Positions 9,396 through 18,575 of a DNA stretch of 64,000 bases are shown piece by piece. The notes under the pieces are model-generated. The model was not told where the DNA came from and ran no database searches. It worked only from the letters and a program-made list of their open reading frames with translations. This stretch comes from an uncultured Gemmatimonadaceae bacterium (GTDB taxonomy: Bacteria > Gemmatimonadota > Gemmatimonadetes > Gemmatimonadales > Gemmatimonadaceae), in assembly GCA_963761305.1 (NCBI GenBank), contig CAVXGK010000002.1:2912001-2976000 (forward strand). Reading direction: 5' to 3'. The position numbers and the translations under genes were made by a program. Every line of letters begins with the position of its first letter. The stretch's first letter is position 1.

Positions 9396-9512
9396 ACTGC
9401 AACGATTTCGCGGAGATGGCGGACTCACGCAGAGAAAGCAACAGAATTCAAAAACCCAAGAGTTGCTGTGCTCTATCCGCGAAATCCGCTCGTTCCGCGA
9501 AATCGGTGCAGT
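9396..9512. repeat. Long imperfect inverted repeat (REP/MITE-like)
   Basis: ACTGCA-A-CGATTTCGCGGA (9396-9414) pairs with TCCGCGAAATCG-G-TGCAGT (9494-9512); inner arms GCGGA/TCCGC and AGCAAC/GTTGCT. Confidence 0.6.
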
Positions 9513-9568
9513 ACCGAGTCGTAGATGCCCGGCTCCCGCGCTCGGGCCCTCGCTCGCCGAGACAGACT

Positions 9569-10459
9569 CTATCCGGCAAGCTCCTCGAGCAGCGCCATCA
9601 TCTTCACGTCGTAGGGATCGGGCGACGGGTCCTCGCCGTCGATCTCCTCGTTCTGCTGCGGCGTCTCGAGCACGAGCGGAATGCCGCGCGACCGCTTGTC
9701 CTTCAGCAGGGCGCGAAACGGTTCGACCCCAATGTGGCCGTCGCCGATCAGCGCGTGACGATCCTTGTTCGAGCCGAGTGGGTTGGCGCTGTCGTTCAAA
9801 TGGAAAAAGCCGGGCGGCTCGCCCGTCGCGGCCTCGAATTCATCGAGCGCGCGTTTGACGCCGTCGGGCGCGGTGATCTCGTAGCCCGACGCGAGCAGAT
9901 GACACGTGTCGAGACCGTAGCCCGTGCGAGCGCGGAGCGCCTTGGGAACGTGGCGGAGGATCGAGCCCACCTCGGCGGCGGTCTTGGCGAACGTACGTCC
10001 CGCACCGGCGGTGTTCTCGACGAGGACGCGCGTCTTGCTCTGTGGCACGGCCTCCAGCGCGTGCAGGATCGCGCCTGCGACACGCTCCGCGGCAACCTCG
10101 CGATCGTCGTCGAGCGCGGCGCCTGGGTGGAAGCAGACGACACCCAGGCCGAGTGCCGTCGATCGCTCCAGCTCCTTGGCGAGACCGGCGCGGGCACGTA
10201 CGTACTTCTCCTCTTCGTGCGTGGCCGTGTTGAGCACGTAGGCCGCGTGCGCGATCACGTTGACCGGATCGATTTTCGTCTCGGTGAACGCGGCCTTCGC
10301 GCGCTCGACGCGATCCGGCTTGATCGACGCCTTGTCGCCGTAGTACATCGGCAGCGTGGTGAACAGCTGCATGGCGTGCATGTGGCCGGCGCCGGCGCGG
10401 CGAATGGCCATGTGCAAGCCGCCGTTGTTGCTCGTGTGAGCGCCGAAGAGATGGGTCAT
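9569..10459 (-). CDS. nfo: Endonuclease IV (AP endonuclease)
   Basis: MTHLFGAH..., HAAYVLN, FHPG, ENTAG, DTCH, HLNDS, DRH and LETP metal ligands; ATGA overlap with the upstream gene. Confidence 0.9.
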   Translation of the reverse strand: MTHLFGAHTSNNGGLHMAIRRAGAGHMHAMQLFTTLPMYYGDKASIKPDRVERAKAAFTETKIDPVNVIAHAAYVLNTATHEEEKYVRARAGLAKELERSTALGLGVVCFHPGAALDDDREVAAERVAGAILHALEAVPQSKTRVLVENTAGAGRTFAKTAAEVGSILRHVPKALRARTGYGLDTCHLLASGYEITAPDGVKRALDEFEAATGEPPGFFHLNDSANPLGSNKDRHALIGDGHIGVEPFRALLKDKRSRGIPLVLETPQQNEEIDGEDPSPDPYDVKMMALLEELAG

Positions 10460-11256
10460 TTGATTCGCCCCACGCGGACGACGCGGCCGGTCCCCGAGTC
10501 GGAGCGGCCGACCGGCATCCATGAAACAGCGAGCTCGCTCCCGGCGAGCGCGACGTCGGGCGCGCGCGCCGCGTCGACGGATCGCGACGCCGGTACGTGC
10601 CAGTCGAAGTTGTGTCCCTGCGTCTCCGAGATCGCGACGTCGATGCGGTGTCGCGTTCCGTTCGGCTCCTCGTACGCGACGACGACGCGCTCGTCGTGCG
10701 CGGCGATCGCCGTCGCAACGACGCGTTCCCCGTAGACGACCGGCACCGGCTCGTGGACCATGCCGCCCATTGTGTGCGCGAAAAACACGCCGCGTCCCTC
10801 CGGTGCAGACAGCGAATACGCGACGAAGACGTCGTCGCCGACGGTCGTCACGGAAGGCGGCGGCCGGTCGCATCCCGCCGCGCTCACGTCGGTCGTGTCG
10901 ACGGAGAGCGGTTTCGTCCACACCGCCGGCTCTCCCGCGCCACTCGAGACGAACAGGGTCGCGCCGCTGTCGCGCCGCATCCCCCACCACGCCAGGTAGT
11001 GATGAGTCGTCCCCTTCGCGCTTCGCACCGACGTTGCGCACACGGTGGCGTCGCCCGTGTTCGGAACGGAGCCTGGCGCGACCCCCGGCGGCATCACCGA
11101 CGTTCGACCCTTGGAATCGACGACCAGACGGCCGAGCGTATCGGGTCCGCGCATTTCAGCCGGATCGTTCCATTCGATCGGCGCCTGATCGCACGCCGCG
11201 ACCGATACAGCGAGCGCGGCCGCGCAGAGCAGTCGAACACCGTGATGTGAGCGCAT
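10456..11256 (-). CDS. Hypothetical lipoprotein (sialidase/BNR-like beta-rich)
   Basis: Lipobox VAAC and an Asp-box-like SETQGHNF segment; coupled to nfo. Confidence 0.6.
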   Translation of the reverse strand: MRSHHGVRLLCAAALAVSVAACDQAPIEWNDPAEMRGPDTLGRLVVDSKGRTSVMPPGVAPGSVPNTGDATVCATSVRSAKGTTHHYLAWWGMRRDSGATLFVSSGAGEPAVWTKPLSVDTTDVSAAGCDRPPPSVTTVGDDVFVAYSLSAPEGRGVFFAHTMGGMVHEPVPVVYGERVVATAIAAHDERVVVAYEEPNGTRHRIDVAISETQGHNFDWHVPASRSVDAARAPDVALAGSELAVSWMPVGRSDSGTGRVVRVGRIK

Positions 11257-11335
11257 GTGAGGTGAGGGGACGTTAGCGCCGACGCGAAGAGGGCAGAAGG
11301 GCGCTAACTTTTCCGCATTCTTTCCCTCTCAAACG

Positions 11336-13057
11336 ATGTCGTCCACCGCCGCTCCGACTCCCGCCGTCCGCGCCGCCGCCGAATCCTCGCAGGCCGTCGA
11401 GACGATCCATCCGCACGCTCCCGCCGTCGCCGGTTTCAACGGCACGCGGCGCGTCCCGCATCCGGTCAACGAGCCGGTAAAGACGTATGCGCCCGGCACG
11501 CCCGAGCGCGCCGCGATCAAGAAGCGCCTCGACGAGATGGCCGGCGAGCGGATCGAGATCCCGATCATCATCGGCGGGCGTGAAGTCCGCACCGGCGAGA
11601 CGGCGACGTCGGTCATGCCGCACGACCATCGCCACGTCCTCGCGGACTATCACAAGGCATCGGCGACGAACGTGCGCGCCGCGATCGACGCTGCCCGCGA
11701 AGCGCGCCGCGAGTGGGCGAACTGGGCGTGGGAGGACCGCGCCGCCGTCTTCCTCCGCGCCGCCGAGTTGCTGGCCACGACGTGGCGCCAAACAGCGAAC
11801 GCGTCGACGATGCTCGGCCAGTCCAAGACCGTTTTCCAGGCGGAGATCGACGCGGCATGCGAGCTGATCGACTTCTGGCGCTTCAACCCCGCGTACGCGC
11901 AGGAGCTCTACGACGAACAGCCGCTGTCGACGCCGGCGATGTGGAACCAGCTCGACTATCGCCCGCTCGAGGGATTCGTCTACGCGGTGACGCCGTTCAA
12001 CTTCACGTCGATCGGCGGCAACCTGCCGACGGCGCCGGCGCTCATGGGCAACACGGTGATCTGGAAGCCCGCGTCGAGCGCCATGCTCTCGGCGTACTAC
12101 CTGATGCGGCTTCTCGAGGCGGCCGGATTGCCGCCGGGCGTGATCAACTTCGTGCCTGGCGACGCGGCCGAAGTCTCGAACGTGCTGCTCTCGCACCGCG
12201 ATCTCGCGGGCGTGCACTTCACGGGTAGCACGAGCGTCTTCAACAGCATGTGGCGCACGATCGGCGCGAACATGTCGCAGTACGCGACGTATCCACGCAT
12301 CGTCGGCGAGACGGGCGGCAAGGACTTCATCCTCGCGCATCCGTCGGCCGATCCGCAGGCGCTGGCCGTGGCCATCGCGCGCGGCGGGTTCGAGTTCCAG
12401 GGCCAGAAATGTTCGGCGGCGAGCCGCGTCTACATCCCGCGCTCGATGTGGAAGGAGGTGCGCGACCGTGTCGTCGGGATGATGGACGACATGCGGATGG
12501 GCGACATCGCCGATTTCCGCAACTTCGTCGGCGCGGTGATCGACGAGAGAGCGTTCAAGAAGATCAGCGACTACGTGGAGGACGCGCGGGCCAACGCGAC
12601 GATCATCGCCGGCGGAAAGACGAACGGCAGCGACGGCTACTTCATCTCGCCGACGCTCGTGCAGGCGAAGTCGCCGGAATACCGGCTGATGTGCGAGGAG
12701 ATCTTCGGGCCCGTGGTGACGGCGTACGTGTACGACGACACCAAGTGGAACGAGACGCTCGAGGTCATCGACCGCACGTCGCCTTATGCGCTCACCGGCG
12801 CGGTGTTCGCGACCGATCGCGCGGCGGTGCGCGAAGCGGCGATGGCGCTGCGCAACGCGGCCGGCAACTTCTACGTGAACGACAAGCCGACGGGCGCGGT
12901 GGTCGGCCAACAGCCGTTCGGTGGCGCGCGCGCGTCGGGCACGAACGACAAGGCGGGGTCGAAGCTCAACCTCATGCGCTGGGTGAGCGCGCGGGCGATC
13001 AAGGAAACGTTCTCGCCGCCGCTCGACTACACGTATCCGTTCATGGCGGACAAGTAG
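11336..13057 (+). CDS. pruA: L-glutamate gamma-semialdehyde (P5C) dehydrogenase
   Basis: AEIDAACELIDFWRFN, PFNFTSIGGNL, FTGST, GETGGKDF, FQGQKCSAASR, EEIFGPV and QPFGGARASGTNDKAG. Confidence 0.95.
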   Translation: MSSTAAPTPAVRAAAESSQAVETIHPHAPAVAGFNGTRRVPHPVNEPVKTYAPGTPERAAIKKRLDEMAGERIEIPIIIGGREVRTGETATSVMPHDHRHVLADYHKASATNVRAAIDAAREARREWANWAWEDRAAVFLRAAELLATTWRQTANASTMLGQSKTVFQAEIDAACELIDFWRFNPAYAQELYDEQPLSTPAMWNQLDYRPLEGFVYAVTPFNFTSIGGNLPTAPALMGNTVIWKPASSAMLSAYYLMRLLEAAGLPPGVINFVPGDAAEVSNVLLSHRDLAGVHFTGSTSVFNSMWRTIGANMSQYATYPRIVGETGGKDFILAHPSADPQALAVAIARGGFEFQGQKCSAASRVYIPRSMWKEVRDRVVGMMDDMRMGDIADFRNFVGAVIDERAFKKISDYVEDARANATIIAGGKTNGSDGYFISPTLVQAKSPEYRLMCEEIFGPVVTAYVYDDTKWNETLEVIDRTSPYALTGAVFATDRAAVREAAMALRNAAGNFYVNDKPTGAVVGQQPFGGARASGTNDKAGSKLNLMRWVSARAIKETFSPPLDYTYPFMADK

Positions 13058-13133
13058 CGCTCACGCGTTCGCGCGCCGCGACGCACGCTGCCGAGCGCCC
13101 GCAGTCTGTTGTCAGACGGTTGAGTGGACGAGC

Positions 13134-13219
13134 GGGTGGGACTGTCCGCAGCGGAGCCGAGCCAGTATTGCCAGGCTGTATCGCAATACTGCTCTGGTCC
13201 GCGGAGGACAGTCCCACCC
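13134..13219. repeat. Nested inverted repeat (REP-like or bidirectional terminator) between convergent genes
   Basis: 14-bp perfect arms GGGTGGGACTGTCC / GGACAGTCCCACCC, with inner arms GCGGA/TCCGC and CAGTATTGC/GCAATACTG. Confidence 0.7.
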
Positions 13220-13277
13220 CGAGCCCGCACCTCGGCGGTTCTATCGGACGCGGAGCTGCGCGACGTAGATCGCGCGG

Positions 13278-13532
13278 CTAGAGATCGTCGTCTTCGTCCG
13301 ACTCGCCGACCTTGCGCTCGATTTTGCCGAACGCGTCTTTGATCTTCCCCTTCGCCTGGTCGATCTTGCCCTCGGCTTGGAGCTTCTTGTTGCCGGTCAG
13401 GTCGCCCGCGGCGTCCTTGACGTGGCCTTTGATCTGGTCGGCCTTGCCGCTCGCGGAATCCTTGAAGCCCTGTCGTTTCAGATCCTTGTCGTCGCGGATA
13501 TTGTCCCGCTTGTCGTCGCGTTTCTCGTCCAT
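13278..13532 (-). CDS. CsbD family stress protein
   Basis: GKADQIKGHVKDAAGDLTGNKKLQAEGKIDQAKGKIKDAFG; GAGGA RBS before ATG 13532. Confidence 0.88.
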   Translation of the reverse strand: MDEKRDDKRDNIRDDKDLKRQGFKDSASGKADQIKGHVKDAAGDLTGNKKLQAEGKIDQAKGKIKDAFGKIERKVGESDEDDDL

Positions 13533-13636
13533 GGTCGTGTCCTCGCTGTTGTCGAGACCGTTCGCCGGTCCCTGGCTCGACCATAACAAAGCAAGCAGAG
13601 TGCCTGGTCGTTGCTGAGCCCGTATTCTTCTCCCCC

Positions 13637-14638
13637 ATGCTGATTCTCGACCAACAAGCGGTCACCGAGCTCCTGCCGATGCGCGAGTGCATCGACCTCA
13701 TGGTCTCGACGCTCTCGGCCCTGGCGCGGGGCGAGACGATTCTGCCGCTGCGCACCGTCGTTCTCATTCCCGACACCAATGACGCGTTCGCCGTGATGCC
13801 CGCGTACATCGGATTGCCCAAGACGATGGGCGCGAAGATCATCACGGTGTATCCCGGCAACCACGGCACGAAGTACGACTCGCATCAAGGCGCGGTGCTG
13901 CTCTTCGATCCCGACAACGGCAGCCTCGCCGCGCTGCTCGACGCGACCGCGGTTACGACGATTCGCACGGCGGCGGTGTCCGCCGTCGCGACGTGGCTTC
14001 TCGCGCGCGAAAACGCGTCGTCGCTGGTGATGATCGGCGCGGGCGTGCAGGCGCACGCGCATCTCGAGGCGATGTGCGCCGTGCGTCCGATCAAGACACT
14101 GCGCGTATGGAGCCGTACCGCCGCGAACGCCGAGCGACTCGCCGAGGTCGCGCGCAGAAAGTTCAAGCTCGACGCGTCGGTGGCGTCGTCGGGCGAAGAC
14201 GCAGTGAGCGGCGCCGACATCGTGTGCACGACGACGTCGGCGCGCGCGCCGGTGCTGTTCGGCGAGTGGCTCACGCCCGGGACGCACATAAACGCCATCG
14301 GCGCGTCACAGCGCACGGCGCGCGAGCTGGACACGCAATGCGTCGTGCGGTCGCGGCTCTACGTGGATCGGCGCGAGTCGGCGCTCAAGGAGCCAGGCGA
14401 CACGCTCGTTCCGCTCGAGGAAGGCGCGATCACGCCCGACCACATCGTCGCCGAAATCGGCGAGCTTGCGATCGGCCGTGGCGTCGGACGACGGGACGAG
14501 AAGGAGATCACGCTCTTCAAATCGCTCGGGCTGGCCATCGAGGACATCGCGGCCGCGTCGTACGTCTACAGCGCGGCGAAACGCGCCGGTAAAGGCGTCG
14601 ACGTGGACGTTGGCGGAGTGCGCCGTGAGGCAGATTGA
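13637..14638 (+). CDS. Ornithine cyclodeaminase / mu-crystallin family protein
   Basis: GAKIITVYPGN, TTIRTAAVSAVAT, GAGVQA, HINAIGA and LFKSLGLAIED. Confidence 0.92.
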   Translation: MLILDQQAVTELLPMRECIDLMVSTLSALARGETILPLRTVVLIPDTNDAFAVMPAYIGLPKTMGAKIITVYPGNHGTKYDSHQGAVLLFDPDNGSLAALLDATAVTTIRTAAVSAVATWLLARENASSLVMIGAGVQAHAHLEAMCAVRPIKTLRVWSRTAANAERLAEVARRKFKLDASVASSGEDAVSGADIVCTTTSARAPVLFGEWLTPGTHINAIGASQRTARELDTQCVVRSRLYVDRRESALKEPGDTLVPLEEGAITPDHIVAEIGELAIGRGVGRRDEKEITLFKSLGLAIEDIAAASYVYSAAKRAGKGVDVDVGGVRREAD

Positions 14639-15584
14639 ACCGATCACGATCGACGATGTGCGCGCGGCGCGAAAACGCATCGCGTCGACCGTGGGACGCA
14701 CGCCGCTGGTTCGCCTCGAGGTAGACGGCCCCGCCGAGATCTACCTCAAGCTCGAGAACCTCCAGCCGATCGGCTCGTTCAAGCTGCGCGGCGCCACGAA
14801 CGCGATCCGGTCGCTGCCGCTCAGCGTCGTGTCAGGCGGCGTGTACACTGCGAGCGCCGGCAACATGGCGCAGGGCGTCGCGTGGGGCGCGCGCGACCTC
14901 GGCGTGCCGTGCACCGTCGTGATGCCCGACAGCGCGCCGACGACGAAGGTGAACGCGGTCAAGCGACTCGGCGCGACGATCGTCCCGCTTCCCTACGACG
15001 ACTGGTGGCAGACGTTGCGCGACCACGGGCGAGAGGGCATGCCCGGGCGATTCATCCATCCCGTCGCCGACCGCGACGTGATGGCGGGCAACGGGACGAT
15101 CGGTCTCGAGATCGTCGAGGATTTGCCGGACGTCGACGCGGTGCTCGTGCCGTTCGGTGGCGGCGGGCTCGTGTCGGGCATCGCCACCGCGGTGCGCGCG
15201 CTACAGCCGCGCGCACGGATTTACGGCTGCGAGGTCGAGACGTCGATGCCGCTTTCGGCGGCGCTGGCCGCGGGGCATCCGGTCGTCGTCGAGCGAACGC
15301 CGAGCTTCGTCGACGGCATCGGCGGACGTGGGGTGCTCGACGAAATGTGGCCGATCGTCTCGAAGCTGGTCGATCAGGCGCTGGTCGCGACGATCGCCGA
15401 GACGCGCGCGGCGATTCGGCTGCTCGTCGAGCGTGCGCGCGTGGTCGCCGAAGGGGCGGGCGCAGTGCCAGTCGCGGCCGCGGTAGCCGGGCGCGCCGGA
15501 CAAGGGCGGATCGTCTGCATCGTTTCTGGCGGGAACATCGATACCGACACTCTCGCCGGCATTCTGGCCGATTCAGCCGCATAG
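14625..15584 (+). CDS. PLP-dependent threonine/serine dehydratase family
   Basis: KLENLQPIGSFKLRGA (PLP Lys), SAGNMAQG, PFGGGGL and SGGNID; GTG start at 14625 overlaps the OCD gene. Confidence 0.9.
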   Translation: MRQIEPITIDDVRAARKRIASTVGRTPLVRLEVDGPAEIYLKLENLQPIGSFKLRGATNAIRSLPLSVVSGGVYTASAGNMAQGVAWGARDLGVPCTVVMPDSAPTTKVNAVKRLGATIVPLPYDDWWQTLRDHGREGMPGRFIHPVADRDVMAGNGTIGLEIVEDLPDVDAVLVPFGGGGLVSGIATAVRALQPRARIYGCEVETSMPLSAALAAGHPVVVERTPSFVDGIGGRGVLDEMWPIVSKLVDQALVATIAETRAAIRLLVERARVVAEGAGAVPVAAAVAGRAGQGRIVCIVSGGNIDTDTLAGILADSAA

Positions 15585-16168
15585 CGGCGGTGCGTGCGCG
15601 CCCCCCCCGCGACCGACGTAACGGCGGGTGCGGAAGACGTGACTTTGTCGTGGCAGGCGTCGGGAGACCAGTCGTGCGTCGTGCGCTCTGTCGTGCAGCG
15701 CACGTGACGCGACGAGCAATGCGTTCCTCGGCGACTCGAGCCCGTACCTCGTCGACGACAACTCAGGCAACCCCTACACGGACCAGCGCGCGTTCGCCCG
15801 AACGCGCGTGCGACACACCTGCGCGGCGGTGCTACCTGTGTTGGACTCAGTGGCGATCTGGTTGCACGTCATGCATGAAGAGCACGCAGGCCCGCAGCCA
15901 ATTCTGCCTGCGGGTCCGCTCGACGATTACATCGCGGCGTCCTGCCGAGGATTGGCGTTACGCCGGCGACGCTCACGACAAGAGAAAACTGCCCGCGAGT
16001 GCGAACGCGACGGATGTGATTCGCGAGCCGACGCGACCGAAGGCGCTCGAAATGGCGGTGCGTGCTCGGCAAGTGGTAGCGCGTGCGCCACATCTGACCA
16101 TCATGCACAGGGAGCGCACAGTGCGTACGCCGGACCGCGCACCGCGTTCTATTCTCCGGACCGTACGT

Positions 16169-16670
16169 GCAACTCGGCCTTTCGCCCGGCGATGTACCAC
16201 GCTCGCGAGGCAAGTCTCACACGCTCCCGCGCAAGTTCCTCGCAGTCAGAGGCAAGTCTGTCGCGGACGATGAAATGTGAGAGTCCATCATATGGTAACA
16301 TCGCTCTCTCTCCACGGATGTCGCCCGGCGTGACTCGATAGTCGGACGGCATCGCCGGCGAAGAGAAGTGGGTCGAGGAGCATGGAACATGCGCCGACGC
16401 GAATATGAATGGCGAGCAGCGGAAGGTGGTGCATCCAGTGACGCATCTCCGATGCAACCGCCGTCAAGCGAGAAGCCCGTGTCGCAAAGTCGCCTTGCAT
16501 CGAGGCAAAATGTGTCATCGCCCGGGGCAAGTGCGTCACGGCGCCGGGCAACTCCTGTGGGCGGCGCGGCAAGTCAGTCACCCGGGACAACAAGTGTCCG
16601 CGCGACGGCGGAAAGTCGGATTCAGCCGCGGACAACTCGTTCGCACGTCCCGGAAAGTCGCTCGCTCAGG
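16169..16670. repeat. Degenerate 21-bp-period tandem array
   Basis: A GCAAGT/GAAAGT/ACAACT-like core recurs at 16485, 16506, 16527, 16548, 16569, 16590, 16611, 16632 and 16653, and separately at 16210, 16231 and 16252. Confidence 0.7.
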
Positions 16671-17721
16671 ACTGCGGAAGGAGCGGTGCCAGCTCCGGAA
16701 CGGTTCGCGCTGCCGCCCAGTTGGCCATGCCGGCTTTCCAGACGAGCGTGTCACCGGTGATCGCGCCCGACGCGCGGAGACCGGCTTCGTCGACCGGGCC
16801 CCGGCGCTCGCCGCCGACGGCATAGTACCACGCGACGACGGGAAGGGGCGGCGGCTCGGCGCCATTGCGGGCACTTGCCGCGGCGACTTGCTGTCCGACC
16901 GCCGCTCCGACGCCGATCGCTATGCCGGCACCCGCGGCGCCGTTCGGATTGCGCGCCGCGTCGCGAATCGCATCGGCGCTCTGGAGACGCGTGTACTGGT
17001 CCAGGTTCCCCAACATGCTCATGCGCGTCTTCTGGTCGAGCGTCGCTTCGACTTCGGGCGGCAACGACACGTTCTCGATGACGAGCTGCGTAATCTGCAA
17101 TCCGTACAGCTGGAACTGCGGCGCCACCTGCTCTTGCACGTGCGAGCTGATCTCGGCGTACTTCGACGACAGCTCGTAGATCGACGCGCTCCCGCTCGCG
17201 AGCACGGTGCTCACCTTGGCGACGACGAGATCGCGGAGTTGATCGGCCGTTTGATCGACGCGGAAGGTCGCGTTCGTTCCGACGAGCTCTTCGACGAAGC
17301 GCCGTGAATCGGTGATGCGCACCGCGTACGTGCCGAAGGCGCGCAGTCGCACGGGACCCAGCTCCGTGTCGCGCACGATCACCGGATTCGACGTCCCCCA
17401 CTTCTGCCCAATGAACTGGCGCGTGTTGAGGTAGACCACGTCGGCCTTGAACGGACTGTCGAAACCGTACTTCCAGCCCCGCAAGCTGGAGAGGACCGGT
17501 ATGTTCGACGTGGCGAGCACGTGACGCCCCGGCTGGAACACGTCGGCGATGCGCCCCTGGTCGACGAGGATCGCGACCTGCGACTGACGCACGATGAGCT
17601 GCGCGCCGTTCTTGATCTCGTTGCCGGGCCGAGAAAAGCGCCACGCCATGGTGTCATCGGTGTCGTCGACCCATTCGATGATGTCGATCAGTTCGCCGGA
17701 GAGGAAATCGCGCAGCGTCAT
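16666..17721 (-). CDS. SPFH/band-7 domain protein (YdjI-like) with C-terminal GYF_2-like domain
   Basis: IDIIEW..., EIKNGAQLIVRQSQ, SPFKADVVY, KWGTSNP and IENVSLPPEVE; C-terminal WYYAVGGERRGPV...TLVWKAGMANW. Confidence 0.88.
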   Translation of the reverse strand: MTLRDFLSGELIDIIEWVDDTDDTMAWRFSRPGNEIKNGAQLIVRQSQVAILVDQGRIADVFQPGRHVLATSNIPVLSSLRGWKYGFDSPFKADVVYLNTRQFIGQKWGTSNPVIVRDTELGPVRLRAFGTYAVRITDSRRFVEELVGTNATFRVDQTADQLRDLVVAKVSTVLASGSASIYELSSKYAEISSHVQEQVAPQFQLYGLQITQLVIENVSLPPEVEATLDQKTRMSMLGNLDQYTRLQSADAIRDAARNPNGAAGAGIAIGVGAAVGQQVAAASARNGAEPPPLPVVAWYYAVGGERRGPVDEAGLRASGAITGDTLVWKAGMANWAAARTVPELAPLLPQS

Positions 17722-17733
17722 GGGCGGTTCTCG

Positions 17734-18492
17734 TTAGGAGAAGAGAGTTTTCAGGACGAAGTGAAGCGTCGCGGTGGCCAGGTCGTCCGAATGCGCGCCG
17801 CCGTTCGACCCGGCTGTCAGGGGGAGCGTGAAGCCCGCCGAAAACGCCGACGTCGCGACCGACACGCTCGGATCCAGTCCGATCGCCGAGAGCTGCGACG
17901 CCTTTCGCTCGGCGTCGGACGCGCGCATGCGATCGAGTCCGCCGTTTGCCACGAACTGCAACACGCCGCGAAGCTCGTCGCGCTCGAACCACACACCGTG
18001 GTTCTTGCAGACGTCGATGATGATCCCCGACATCTTTCCGAAATTCACGCGGTTCATGACTTTGTCGCAGACCGCGCAATGGACGTAGCGTATTCTGGCG
18101 GCGCCTGGCGCCTGTGCCGCCGCCGCTCCCGCGCCGAGCGAAGTGAGGACGGTGCCGCGCGCCTCGCGATCGCTGCATAGTGACGCGAAGTCGCCCGGCG
18201 CGAGCCACGCACTCCCGCATTGGTCGCATTGATGGAGCGGCGCCGGTCCCAGCTTGACGGGATGCATCTCGCCGGAACAGCCGGGACATTTGAGCGACTT
18301 GCCGTCCGCGGCGTCGGGCGCTTCGATCTTGGTGCCGCAGTGCGGGCAGAACTGCGCGCCGACGAACATCGAGCCGAAACACGACGGGCACGCGACGACC
18401 GCGAGGCGTGAGCCGCAGTAGTCGCAGCGAGTCGCGTCAGTGGCTGCTGGGGCGCCGCAGTTGGGGCAGTTGAGCGACGAGGCGGGGGGCAT
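17734..18492 (-). CDS. Multi zinc-ribbon protein (double zinc ribbon + two zf-TFIIB-like modules)
   Basis: CPNCG, CDYCG, CPSC, CPHCG, CPGC, CDQCGSAWL, CAVC and IDVCKNHGVWFERDEL. Confidence 0.85.
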   Translation of the reverse strand: MPPASSLNCPNCGAPAATDATRCDYCGSRLAVVACPSCFGSMFVGAQFCPHCGTKIEAPDAADGKSLKCPGCSGEMHPVKLGPAPLHQCDQCGSAWLAPGDFASLCSDREARGTVLTSLGAGAAAAQAPGAARIRYVHCAVCDKVMNRVNFGKMSGIIIDVCKNHGVWFERDELRGVLQFVANGGLDRMRASDAERKASQLSAIGLDPSVSVATSAFSAGFTLPLTAGSNGGAHSDDLATATLHFVLKTLFS

Positions 18493-18575
18493 CGGCGTGG
18501 GTGGGTCGTCTGAGGAGGCGCGCCACGAGGCGCCGCCTCCGGACGAAGACGACCACGCCGGATGCCCGGCAACCG

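Noticed and set aside
16169..16670. CRISPR array
   Set aside because: The constant core is only about 6 bp with a 21-bp period; there is no 23-47-bp direct repeat and no cas gene.
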